The notes under the pieces: generated by a model | Told to the model about the DNA's origin: nothing | The model's database searches: none | Seen by the model: only the letters and a program-made list of their open reading frames with translations | In this document: positions 1 to 8,749 of the stretch, piece after piece | Numbering within the stretch: position 1 is the first letter of the stretch | How the letters are laid out: each line of letters begins with the position of its first letter | Made by a program: the position numbers and the translations under genes | Assembly (NCBI GenBank): GCA_045605805.1 | Contig: JAZUQR010000027.1 | Location: forward strand, 128,001-192,000 | Length of the DNA stretch: 64,000 nt | From: Alphaproteobacteria bacterium | Lineage (GTDB): Bacteria > Pseudomonadota > Alphaproteobacteria > CAAHEQ01 > UBA3637 | Direction: 5' to 3'

Positions 1-1
1 A

Positions 2-1045
2 GGGGTCAATAAACAAGGCTCACCCACAAAATGCACCTACATTTCAGGCGAAGAATCGGTAGATCAAGTACGCCTTCGGGCCATGCGATTGGGCTTGGCC
101 GACAATCCTGTCAATTTGGCAAGCGAAACACATATCCGAGATATCATAGCCACTTTGGACACCCCTGATTCACCCGATATCGTGATTATAGATTCCATCC
201 AAACGATGTATGCCGATACAGTGGAATCCGCCCCTGGAACAGTGGCCCAAGTGCGTGCCTGCGGTCATGAATTGATTCGGTTGGCCAAAAAGCGTGGTTT
301 TGTTTTGTTCTTGGTGGGTCATGTCACAAAAGAAGGCACTTTGGCCGGCCCCCGTGTTTTGGAACATATGGTAGATACGGTTTTATATTTTGAAGGCGAC
401 AGAGGTCATCATTTTAGGATATTGCGTTCTGTAAAAAACCGTTTTGGGGCCACCGATGAAATTGGGGTTTTTGAAATGACAGATAAAGGGCTAAGCGAAG
501 TGGCCAACCCATCAGCCCTGTTTTTGGCCGATCGTCAAGGCCATGTGTCTGGCAGTTGCGTTTTTGCAGGGATAGAAGGCTCTCGGCCATTGTTGGTAGA
601 AATCCAAGCATTGGTTGCACCGGCAAGTGGTACAACCCCTCGTCGTTCCGTTGTGGGTTGGGATACCAATCGGTTAAATATGCTTTTGGCCGTACTGGAA
701 ACCCGCTGTGGCATTTCACTTGGGTCAAAAGACATTTTCTTAAACATTGCCGGAGGATTAAAACTAAACGAACCGGCTGTGGATTTGGCCGCCATTATGG
801 CCATTCTATCCAATGCTTTTAATCATCCGTTGCCTTCGGATATGGTTTTTTTTGGTGAGGTTGGTTTATCGGGAGAAATCAGAAATGTCCCTCTGTGTGA
901 TTTACGCTTAAAAGAAGCCCAAAAATTGGGTTTTTCAAAGGCATTGATTCCAAAAAATAAAAACAAAAAATCAGATTTCAAAGCCACCGAAATCGGCAAC
1001 TTAAAAACAGTTTTAGATTTTTTTGAAAAAAGGAGAAGTGAATGA
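2..1045 (+). CDS. radA: DNA repair protein RadA/Sms, 5' end outside the window
   Basis: Frame +2 is open from base 2 (YISGEES..QVRLRA); contains IIDSIQT, GHVTKEG, KNRFG and a Lon-like C-terminal domain. Confidence 0.97.
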   Translation, partial: GVNKQGSPTKCTYISGEESVDQVRLRAMRLGLADNPVNLASETHIRDIIATLDTPDSPDIVIIDSIQTMYADTVESAPGTVAQVRACGHELIRLAKKRGFVLFLVGHVTKEGTLAGPRVLEHMVDTVLYFEGDRGHHFRILRSVKNRFGATDEIGVFEMTDKGLSEVANPSALFLADRQGHVSGSCVFAGIEGSRPLLVEIQALVAPASGTTPRRSVVGWDTNRLNMLLAVLETRCGISLGSKDIFLNIAGGLKLNEPAVDLAAIMAILSNAFNHPLPSDMVFFGEVGLSGEIRNVPLCDLRLKEAQKLGFSKALIPKNKNKKSDFKATEIGNLKTVLDFFEKRRSE

Positions 1046-1701
1046 TTGGTATCATAGATTTAATCATTTTGGGCATTATCATTATTTCTGTGTTATTTGC
1101 ATTATACAGAGGGCTTGTGCGGGAATTATTGGGCATTTCATCATGGATATTGGCCGGTTTTACCGCCATATACAGTTATGACCCACTGTTAAAGTTTGGA
1201 GAAAATCGGTTTGATAATGTCAAATTGTCCGCTATGATTGGGTCGGTGGTCTTGGCTCTCATTGTGTTGGTCATAATGACCATCTTAAACGCTATCATAA
1301 CAAAAAAATTACGCAAAAGTTCTTTAAGCGGATTGGATCGTATTTTTGGATTCTTCTTTGGGATTGCTCGGGCTTTATTGATTGTGGTACTCATTTATCT
1401 TTTTGCAACCACCATGATGCTGTCTCCAAAATATGTTCAGGAACTACACACAAAAAATTACAGCATTCATTATATTCAGCTGATGGCCGAAAAATTGCAA
1501 AATCTGTTTCCTGAAAACATCAGAACGGATTTAAGCGAATATCAAACAGCCAAAGAAGAAAAGATTAAAAAAATTGAAGAAAACATCCAAAATAAAATTG
1601 AAAAACAAGCCCAAGAAACAATTGTGAATTATAACAAATCTGACCGAGATTCATTGGAAGATATGATTGAAAATATCGTAGAAATAGGAGACATAGAATG
1701 A
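1042..1701 (+). CDS. cvpA: CvpA (colicin V production) family membrane protein
   Basis: RGLVRELLG and LDRIFGFFFGIARA motifs, four hydrophobic segments, usual position after radA. Confidence 0.9.
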   Translation: MIGIIDLIILGIIIISVLFALYRGLVRELLGISSWILAGFTAIYSYDPLLKFGENRFDNVKLSAMIGSVVLALIVLVIMTILNAIITKKLRKSSLSGLDRIFGFFFGIARALLIVVLIYLFATTMMLSPKYVQELHTKNYSIHYIQLMAEKLQNLFPENIRTDLSEYQTAKEEKIKKIEENIQNKIEKQAQETIVNYNKSDRDSLEDMIENIVEIGDIE

Positions 1702-2108
1702 CCAAAATAAAACCAGAAGACTTGATAAAAAAAACACAGGATTTGTTAAAAAAAAGATATAATCCCAGCCATCATCATGCCGTTGTTGGGGCTTGTGTTT
1801 TATCAAAATCCGGCAAAATATACACAGCCTTAAATACCGGCACCTATCAACCATCCATCGCCACCTGTGCAGAAATTATCGCCATTGGCATGGGTCATAC
1901 AGCCGAAAAAGATTTTGAAATTGATACTATTGTGGCCATGCGTGACCAACCCGCTTATTGCATCAGCCCGTGCGGCAAATGCCGAGAATACATTGCCGAC
2001 TATGGTCCAAAAGCAAAAGTCATTATGCCGGCTGACAATAAAAAAGGCTGGACATTAGAAAAAATTGCCAATTTGATACCGGATAAATATACAAAAAAGG
2101 AAAAATAA
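1698..2108 (+). CDS. Cytidine deaminase family protein (tetrameric, three-Cys zinc site; blasticidin-S deaminase-like)
   Basis: CAE and SPCGKCRE zinc-binding motifs, 136 aa. Confidence 0.85.
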   Translation: MTKIKPEDLIKKTQDLLKKRYNPSHHHAVVGACVLSKSGKIYTALNTGTYQPSIATCAEIIAIGMGHTAEKDFEIDTIVAMRDQPAYCISPCGKCREYIADYGPKAKVIMPADNKKGWTLEKIANLIPDKYTKKEK

Positions 2109-2569
2109 TGCACATCATCATTTCAACCATCGGTAAATTAAAAAAGAATGCACCGGAATATGAATTGATAAACACATACCTAAAACGCACAAAATGGGAT
2201 GTGGAAATTAAAGAATATGAAGAAAAAAAAGCACTCAGTGGGCAAGCCTTAAAAAATGCCGAAGCCGAATTGCTGTTATCCGCTATTCCTCCAAAAGCCA
2301 AAGTAATTGCCTTGGATGAACATGGACAAACACTGTCCTCACGAGAATTATCCAACACAATCAAAACATGGCAAACAAATGGCACAGATACAATTGCCTT
2401 TTTAATTGGTGGCTCAGACGGACATGGCGAAAAAGTAAAAAAACAGGCCGATTTAACACTGTCCTTCGGGCGTATGACCTTGCCTCACTTTTTAATGCGA
2501 GTTGTTCTGGCGGAACAAATCTATCGCACAAAAACAATTCTGGACGGTCACCCCTATCACCGAGATTAA
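2108..2569 (+). CDS. rlmH: 23S rRNA m3Psi1915 methyltransferase
   Basis: SPOUT motifs LDEHG, FLIGGSDG, EQIYR and the GHPYHR C-terminus. Confidence 0.97.
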   Translation: MHIIISTIGKLKKNAPEYELINTYLKRTKWDVEIKEYEEKKALSGQALKNAEAELLLSAIPPKAKVIALDEHGQTLSSRELSNTIKTWQTNGTDTIAFLIGGSDGHGEKVKKQADLTLSFGRMTLPHFLMRVVLAEQIYRTKTILDGHPYHRD

Positions 2570-2586
2570 AAAATACAAAAATATGA

Positions 2587-2615
2587 TTGACAACGCCCAT
2601 TCCTTTTGATACAAT
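2587..2615 (+). promoter_or_regulatory. Sigma70-type promoter for rpoH
   Basis: TTGACA-17 bp-TACAAT with extended -10 TG. Confidence 0.75.
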
Positions 2616-2702
2616 AAAGGGGCTTAGTTCAAAAGACGGGCTTGTTCTTGTCTAACCAGAGGGAACAAAAACTTTATATTGCTTCAAAGAAAGGATATAA
2701 AA

Positions 2703-3578
2703 ATGGCAAATACATACGCACTTTCATTATTGGCATCAAATGCCTCATTACCAAAATATCTGGCCGAAATCAATAAGTTTCCCATGTTGGATGCGGAAAA
2801 AGAATATATGTTGGCCAAACGCTATCAAGAAACGGGGGATGTTGCAGCCGCCCATGAATTGACAACTTCTCATTTAAGATTAGCGGCAAAAGTGGCTATT
2901 TCCTTTCGGCATTACGGTTTGTCCTTGTCTGATTTAATTTCCGAAGCAAATATCGGTTTAATGCAAGCCATTAAAAAGTTTGATCCAGATAAAGGCTTTC
3001 GTTTGGCCACCTATGCTATCTGGTGGATAAAAGCCGCTGTTTCTGAGTTTATTTTGAAATCATGGTCATTGGTTAAAATCGGCACAGTGGCCACACAAAA
3101 GCGTCTGTTTTATAACCTTCACAAAATCAAATCCCGCTTGGGTCTGTATGGCGATTCATCACTGGACGATTCCACCGCCACCCAAATTGCCACCCAATTA
3201 GGCGTGAACAAAAAAGATGTTTTGGAAATGGAACAGCGTTTGGCTGGCGATTCGTCTTTGAACGCTACCTTATCACACGATTCCACCACAAATTATCAAG
3301 ATATGCTAACCGATAATGAGATCTCTATTGAAGAAAAAATCGGTGAAACACAAGAAATGCTGTTGAAAAAACAATTGTTGAAAGAAGCATTGGAAACATT
3401 ATCTGAACGGGAAAAACAAATTGTCCAAAAACGCTTTTTATCAGACAATCCGGAAACATTGGAAAATCTGGGCCTGCAATTTAACATAAGCCGTGAACGT
3501 GTCCGCCAAATTGAAACAAAAGCCTATCAAAAAGTTGAAAAGGCCATTCGTTCGGCTGCCACCCGATTCGCCTTATAA
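2703..3578 (+). CDS. rpoH: RNA polymerase sigma-32 factor
   Basis: Sigma70 regions 2 and 4, RpoH box QKRLFYNL; ATG at 2703 follows AAAGGA. Confidence 0.93.
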   Translation: MANTYALSLLASNASLPKYLAEINKFPMLDAEKEYMLAKRYQETGDVAAAHELTTSHLRLAAKVAISFRHYGLSLSDLISEANIGLMQAIKKFDPDKGFRLATYAIWWIKAAVSEFILKSWSLVKIGTVATQKRLFYNLHKIKSRLGLYGDSSLDDSTATQIATQLGVNKKDVLEMEQRLAGDSSLNATLSHDSTTNYQDMLTDNEISIEEKIGETQEMLLKKQLLKEALETLSEREKQIVQKRFLSDNPETLENLGLQFNISRERVRQIETKAYQKVEKAIRSAATRFAL

Positions 3579-3621
3579 TTTTTTCTTTCATTTTTTGTGA
3601 AAATCGGCTATACTTCTACCC

Positions 3622-4410
3622 ATGACACAAGAAATTATTATTCATACCCAAGCAGATTTTAAGGGGTTGCGTTTGGCCGGCCGCTTAGCTGCACAAACAT
3701 TGGATTATATCACCCCCTTTGTCAAAGTGGGCGTTTCAACCGAGTATTTAGACAACCTGATGAACGAGTTTATCCAAAAAAACGGGGGCGTGTCGGCGTG
3801 TTTAGGATATCATGGCTATCCAAAAGCCACTTGTATTTCCCCCAATCATGTTGTGTGTCATGGCATTCCAAACCCGCAAAAACTTCTTCAAAATGGGGAT
3901 ATTATCAACATTGATGTGACGGTGATTTTGAACGGATATTATGGGGATACTTCACGCATGTATTATGTTGGCAATCCGTCAATCAAAGCCAAGCGATTAG
4001 TGATGAACGCCTATGACAGCATGATGGCCGGCATCAACGCCATCACCGTGGGTGGCACAACGGGCGATATTGGTTATGCCATTGAAAAAATGGCCCAAAG
4101 CGAAGGCTTTTCCGTTGTCCGAGATTATTGCGGACATGGCTGTGGCAAAGTGTTTCATGGGGCTCCCAACATTTTGAACTTTGGTAAAAAAGGAAGTGGC
4201 ACCCGTTTAGAAGTGGGTATGGTTTTCACTGTTGAACCTATGGTCAATATCGGCACATTTGAAACCGTTGTCTTAAAAGACGATTGGACAGTGGTCACAA
4301 AAGATAAACAACTGTCAGCGCAATTTGAACATATGTTGGGCATCACAGAGGATGGTTTTGAAATCTTTACCCGTTCGCCCAACGGATGGGATTTTCCACC
4401 CTATAAATAA
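3622..4410 (+). CDS. map: Type I methionine aminopeptidase
   Basis: CHGIP, DIINIDVT, GDTSR, GHG, TVEPM and SAQFEH motifs. Confidence 0.97.
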   Translation: MTQEIIIHTQADFKGLRLAGRLAAQTLDYITPFVKVGVSTEYLDNLMNEFIQKNGGVSACLGYHGYPKATCISPNHVVCHGIPNPQKLLQNGDIINIDVTVILNGYYGDTSRMYYVGNPSIKAKRLVMNAYDSMMAGINAITVGGTTGDIGYAIEKMAQSEGFSVVRDYCGHGCGKVFHGAPNILNFGKKGSGTRLEVGMVFTVEPMVNIGTFETVVLKDDWTVVTKDKQLSAQFEHMLGITEDGFEIFTRSPNGWDFPPYK

Positions 4411-4418
4411 AACCCAAC

Positions 4419-4453
4419 AAAAAAACACCCGAAAAATATCGGGTGTTTTTTTT
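4419..4453. terminator. Bidirectional intrinsic terminator between map and uvrA
   Basis: AAAAAAACACCCGA-loop-TCGGGTGTTTTTTT between convergent genes. Confidence 0.85.
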
Positions 4454-7235
4454 ACTTCAATATCTTTTTCAAATACTGGCCTGTATAACTTTCTTTCACC
4501 AGAGCCACTTCTTCCGGCGTTCCCTTGGCAACCACCTGTCCGCCACCAGAGCCACCCTCAGGCCCCATATCAATGATATAATCGGCCGATTTAATCATAT
4601 CTAAGTTATGCTCAATCACCACAACCGTATTGCCAGCATCCACCAACGCCTGCAACACTTCCAACAATTTTTGAATATCCGCAAAATGAAGGCCTGTTGT
4701 CGGCTCATCCAAAATATACAAAGTTTTACCTGTGGATTTGCGGGATAGTTCTTTGGCTAATTTAATCCGTTGCGCCTCGCCACCTGACAAAGTGACAGCC
4801 GATTGCCCCAAGGTGATATAGCCCAAACCAACCTTGCGTAATAAATCACATTTATCCCGAATGGAAGGGACATGGTTAAAAAACTCAAAAGCCTCATCCA
4901 CCGTCATATCCAACACATCCGCAATGGATTTTTCTTTATATTTAATTTCCAAAGTTTCCCGATTATAGCGCTTGCCATGACACACATCACACTCCACATA
5001 AACATCTGGCAAAAAGTTCATGGAGATTTGCTTGACACCATCACCTTCGCATGCCTCACATCTCCCCCCAGACACATTAAAAGAAAACCGCCCTGCTTTA
5101 TATCCTCTGGCCTTGGCTTCTGGCAAAGCACAAAACCAATCCCGAATAGGCGAAAACATTCCTGTATAAGTGGCAGGATTAGACCGAGGTGTCCGCCCAA
5201 TAGGGCTTTGATCAATATCAATGATTTTATCAATAGTAGCGGTTCCCCGAATAGCTTTACACGCCCCCGCCAATTGACGCGTTTTACCAATAATATTACT
5301 CAATCCCTTATACAAAGTTTCAATAATTAAACTGGATTTACCCCCACCGGAAACACCTGTCACACAGGTAAAAGTTCCCAAAGGAATAGAAACAGTGACA
5401 TTTTGAAGATTATGACATGTCGCCCCTTCAATGGTTAAAGTTTTGCCATTTCCTTTGCGCCGCACCTGAGGCACTTGAATCTGGCGCATACCGCTTAGGT
5501 ATTGCCCCGTCACAGAAGCAGGATTTTCTTTAATCTGTTGGGGCGTTCCTTCGGCTACCAAATATCCCCCATGTCGGCCAGCTTCCGGACCAATATCAAA
5601 AATATAATCAGCCACTTCCATGGTTTCTTCGTCATGTTCCACCACAATCACCGAGTTGCCTAAATCACGCAAACGAAACAAAGTCTCCAACAATTTATGA
5701 TTATCTCGTTGATGCAGGCCAATAGACGGTTCATCCAACACATACAGCACCCCTGTTAAACCAGAACCAATTTGGCTGGCTAAACGAATGCGTTGGGCCT
5801 CGCCACCTGACAAAGTACCGCTGATACGATTCAAAGGCAAATAACCCAATCCAACATTATTCAAAAAGCGCAACCGTTCCGTAATTTCTTTCAAAATGCG
5901 TTCTGCAATCTCTTTTTTTTCTTTATCCAACTCTGTGGGAATCTTTTGAAACCATTCAAACGAATCACTAATAGACATTTCTGTCACCTCGGCAATATTC
6001 TTACCCCCAATTTTCACAGCCAACGCCTCTGGTTTCAAACGAGAACCGCCACACGCCTCGCAAGGGGTGTTCAACATATATTTGCTCATTTCTTCCCGAG
6101 TCCAATCAGAATCCGTTTCCAAATAGCGTCTTTCCATATTCGGAATCACGCCTTCAAAGTTCACACCTTTTGCATGATATCCATATAAAACCGCCTCACG
6201 CACTTCCGCACTCAATTGATTCCATGGTGTGTTCATATCCAACTTTAAGGCATGAATCAACGGGCGCAAAGCATAATCATACCATTGATACATATCCCCA
6301 GACGAACTTGTCCATGGCGCAATCGCCCCTTGTTTAATGGATAAAGTCGGCTGTTGAATAATTAAACTTTTATCAACACCCTGCTTTGTACCTAAACCGG
6401 AACACACCGGACATGCCCCTTCTGGATTATTAAAAGAAAACAGTCTTGGCTCTAATTCAGCAATGGTAAAACCCGAAACTGGGCAGGCAAACTTACTGGA
6501 ATAAACTTTGGATTCGTTTGTGGATAAGTTTTCCACTTCCAACAACCCATCTGCCAAAGAAAGCGCCTTTTCCACCGAGGCCGCAATACGCCCGATAATT
6601 TCCTTTTTCACAACAATCCGATCAATCACCACAGAAAGATCGTGTTTTTTGTTTTTATCCAAAGTGGGTACTTCTTCAATTTCACAAAAAACCCCATCCA
6701 CTTTCAAGCGAGTAAAACCTGCCTTTTGCCATGCGGCAATTTCTTTTTTATATTCACCTTTTCTGCCCCGCACAACGGGGGCCATTAAAATCAACTTTGT
6801 TCCCTCTGGTTCAGTTAAAATACCATCCGTCATCTGGCTAACCGTCAAGGCTTGAATCGGCAACCCCGTCACAGGGGAATAAGGTGTACCGGCTCTGGCC
6901 CACAGCAAGCGCATATAATCATAAATCTCCGTCACAGTCCCAACCGTAGAGCGAGGATTGTGACTTGTTGTCTTTTGTTCAATGGAAATGGCCGGAGAAA
7001 GCCCTTCAATCAAATCCACATCTGGCTTACCCATCACATCCAAAAACTGGCGAGCATAAGCGGATAAACTTTCCACATATCTACGCTGTCCTTCGGCATA
7101 AATAGTATCAAAAGCCAAACTGGATTTGCCCGAACCGGACACACCCGTAATCACTACAAGCTGATTTTTGGGAATATCCAAATTGATGTTTTTCAAATTA
7201 TGTTGTCTTGCACCACGAATTTTAATTGAATCCAT
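4452..7235 (-). CDS. uvrA: Excinuclease ABC subunit A
   Basis: GARQHNLKN, two Walker A motifs ([18 protein letters not shown]), two LSGGEAQR signatures, zinc fingers. Confidence 0.99.
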   Translation of the reverse strand: MDSIKIRGARQHNLKNINLDIPKNQLVVITGVSGSGKSSLAFDTIYAEGQRRYVESLSAYARQFLDVMGKPDVDLIEGLSPAISIEQKTTSHNPRSTVGTVTEIYDYMRLLWARAGTPYSPVTGLPIQALTVSQMTDGILTEPEGTKLILMAPVVRGRKGEYKKEIAAWQKAGFTRLKVDGVFCEIEEVPTLDKNKKHDLSVVIDRIVVKKEIIGRIAASVEKALSLADGLLEVENLSTNESKVYSSKFACPVSGFTIAELEPRLFSFNNPEGACPVCSGLGTKQGVDKSLIIQQPTLSIKQGAIAPWTSSSGDMYQWYDYALRPLIHALKLDMNTPWNQLSAEVREAVLYGYHAKGVNFEGVIPNMERRYLETDSDWTREEMSKYMLNTPCEACGGSRLKPEALAVKIGGKNIAEVTEMSISDSFEWFQKIPTELDKEKKEIAERILKEITERLRFLNNVGLGYLPLNRISGTLSGGEAQRIRLASQIGSGLTGVLYVLDEPSIGLHQRDNHKLLETLFRLRDLGNSVIVVEHDEETMEVADYIFDIGPEAGRHGGYLVAEGTPQQIKENPASVTGQYLSGMRQIQVPQVRRKGNGKTLTIEGATCHNLQNVTVSIPLGTFTCVTGVSGGGKSSLIIETLYKGLSNIIGKTRQLAGACKAIRGTATIDKIIDIDQSPIGRTPRSNPATYTGMFSPIRDWFCALPEAKARGYKAGRFSFNVSGGRCEACEGDGVKQISMNFLPDVYVECDVCHGKRYNRETLEIKYKEKSIADVLDMTVDEAFEFFNHVPSIRDKCDLLRKVGLGYITLGQSAVTLSGGEAQRIKLAKELSRKSTGKTLYILDEPTTGLHFADIQKLLEVLQALVDAGNTVVVIEHNLDMIKSADYIIDMGPEGGSGGGQVVAKGTPEEVALVKESYTGQYLKKILK

Positions 7236-7261
7236 CTGCCTCTCCTTTTTTATGGGGAAGT

Positions 7262-7290
7262 ATTATATCACTTTTTCCCTTAAAAATCAA
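7262..7290 (-). promoter_or_regulatory. Sigma70-type promoter for uvrA
   Basis: Minus strand TTGATT-17 bp-TATAAT with extended -10 TG. Confidence 0.65.
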
Positions 7291-7378
7291 ATAGATTTTA
7301 GAATAGGTATGTATGCCACAGACCAGCCCACTCCATCGGGCGTTCTCATCCCAAAATAAAAAATATAATAGTTAAAAC

Positions 7379-7469
7379 TGGCGGAAGGGGGGGGATTCGA
7401 ACCCCCGATAGAGAAAAACCCTATAACAGATTTCGAGTCTGCCGCATTCGACCACTCTGCCACCCTTCC
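7379..7469 (-). tRNA. tRNA-Ser(CGA)
   Basis: GGAAGGG acceptor stem, anticodon arm GCAGA-CTCGAAA-TCTGT, long variable arm, GGTTCGAATCC T-loop, discriminator G, encoded CCA. Confidence 0.97.
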
Positions 7470-7502
7470 ATATAAACACCATTTCTGCCCCATGCTGTCG
7501 CA

Positions 7503-7584
7503 TATAACAGATTTGTCCGCTTCGCGTTCTCTCCCTTCGGTCGGTAGCGAGTCTGCCGCTTCTCACGCACTCTGCCACCCTTCC
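7503..7584 (-). pseudogene. Degenerate 5' copy of tRNA-Ser(CGA) with a 33-nt insertion in the anticodon
   Basis: GGAAGGGTGGCAGAGTG, GCGGCAGACTCG and AAATCTGTTATA are identical to the adjacent tRNA; insert at 7515-7547; no intact T-arm or 3' acceptor strand. Confidence 0.8.
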
Positions 7585-7601
7585 TTTGGGAAACACAGGC
7601 G

Positions 7602-7630
7602 AGTTTAGCACATTCCCCACAAAAAATCAA
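7602..7630 (-). promoter_or_regulatory. Putative promoter for the pseudo-tRNA plus tRNA-Ser transcript
   Basis: Minus strand TTGATT-17 bp-TAAACT with TG extension. Confidence 0.6.
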
Positions 7631-8211
7631 GGATTTTGTGTTTTCAAAAAGGCCACCAATTTTTCCAACGCCCTTGCCCGATGAGAGATTTTATTTTTAA
7701 CCTCAGACGAAAGGCCGCCAAACGGTTTGTCAGAACCCTCAGGCACAAAAATCGGATCATACCCAAAATCTTCCACCGAAGCATCTGGCGTATGGGTTAA
7801 ATGGCCAAACACCTGTCCTTCAAAGAACATCGGCTCGTGGTGAGGCATCACCAAACATAAACAGCATTCAAAATGAGCCGAAGTATCATCCCCCAAGCGT
7901 CCCAAAAGCACATCAAAAACCTTTGGAAATCCCCCATTTGCCTTGGCATATCTGGCCGAAAAAAGCCCTGGTTCATTGTGAAGAGCATGCACACACAGCC
8001 CCGAATCATCCGCCAAAGTCATCATATGGGCAAACTGGGCCGCAGCCAACGCCTTTTGGGCACTGTTTTGACGAAAAGTTGTTCCTGTCTCTGGCACATC
8101 CGGCAAAGCCACATCATCTGCACCTAACACATGATAGCCCAAGGGTTCCAGCAATGTCCGAAACTCGTTTAATTTATTTTGATTATGTGTCGCAATTAAA
8201 ATATCAATCAT
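7627..8211 (-). CDS. rdgB: Non-canonical purine NTP pyrophosphatase (RdgB/HAM1)
   Basis: IATHNQNK, ADDSGL, FGYDPIF and SHRARAL motifs; start moved to MIDILIAT. Confidence 0.95.
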   Translation of the reverse strand: MIDILIATHNQNKLNEFRTLLEPLGYHVLGADDVALPDVPETGTTFRQNSAQKALAAAQFAHMMTLADDSGLCVHALHNEPGLFSARYAKANGGFPKVFDVLLGRLGDDTSAHFECCLCLVMPHHEPMFFEGQVFGHLTHTPDASVEDFGYDPIFVPEGSDKPFGGLSSEVKNKISHRARALEKLVAFLKTQNP

Positions 8212-8309
8212 AACCTCATGATAACAAAAAGCCCTCAAAAACACAAGATTTTTCTTGACAGAAATCACAAATAGTGTCTATGATACAAAAAAAAGCAAAA
8301 GGAGACAAA

Positions 8310-8729
8310 ATGATACAACGCACATTTTCAATTATAAAACCTAACGCCACCGCCCGCCATTTGGAAAATGAAATCAACGAAAAAATCCAACAGGCAGGCT
8401 TAAAAATTATCGCATCCAAGCGCATTGAACACCCCACAAAAGAACAGTTTGAACAATTCTATGCCGAACACAAAGGCAAACCGTTTTATGAAGGCTTGTT
8501 GGATTTTATGACCTCTGGCCCCATCGTGGTTCAGGTATTGGAAGCCGAAGAGGCCATCCAACGCTATCGCACTTTAATGGGAAATAAAGATCCGGCCGAA
8601 GCAGACGAAGGCACATTACGCAAACTGTATGCCGAAAGCAAAACAAAAAATTCGGTTCATGGGTCTGACTCACCCGAAAGTGCTGCCCGAGAAATTGCCT
8701 TGTGGTTCACCGAAGACGAATTAAAATAA
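8310..8729 (+). CDS. ndk: Nucleoside-diphosphate kinase
   Basis: [13 protein letters not shown] and NSVHGSDS catalytic motif; AGGAG RBS before ATG 8310. Confidence 0.98.
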   Translation: MIQRTFSIIKPNATARHLENEINEKIQQAGLKIIASKRIEHPTKEQFEQFYAEHKGKPFYEGLLDFMTSGPIVVQVLEAEEAIQRYRTLMGNKDPAEADEGTLRKLYAESKTKNSVHGSDSPESAAREIALWFTEDELK

Positions 8730-8749
8730 CCGTTCAGCGAGGGGCAACA

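Noticed and set aside
7287-7630. Three short minus-strand ORFs over the tRNA region
   Set aside because: They are shadows of the tRNA-Ser and its degenerate copy
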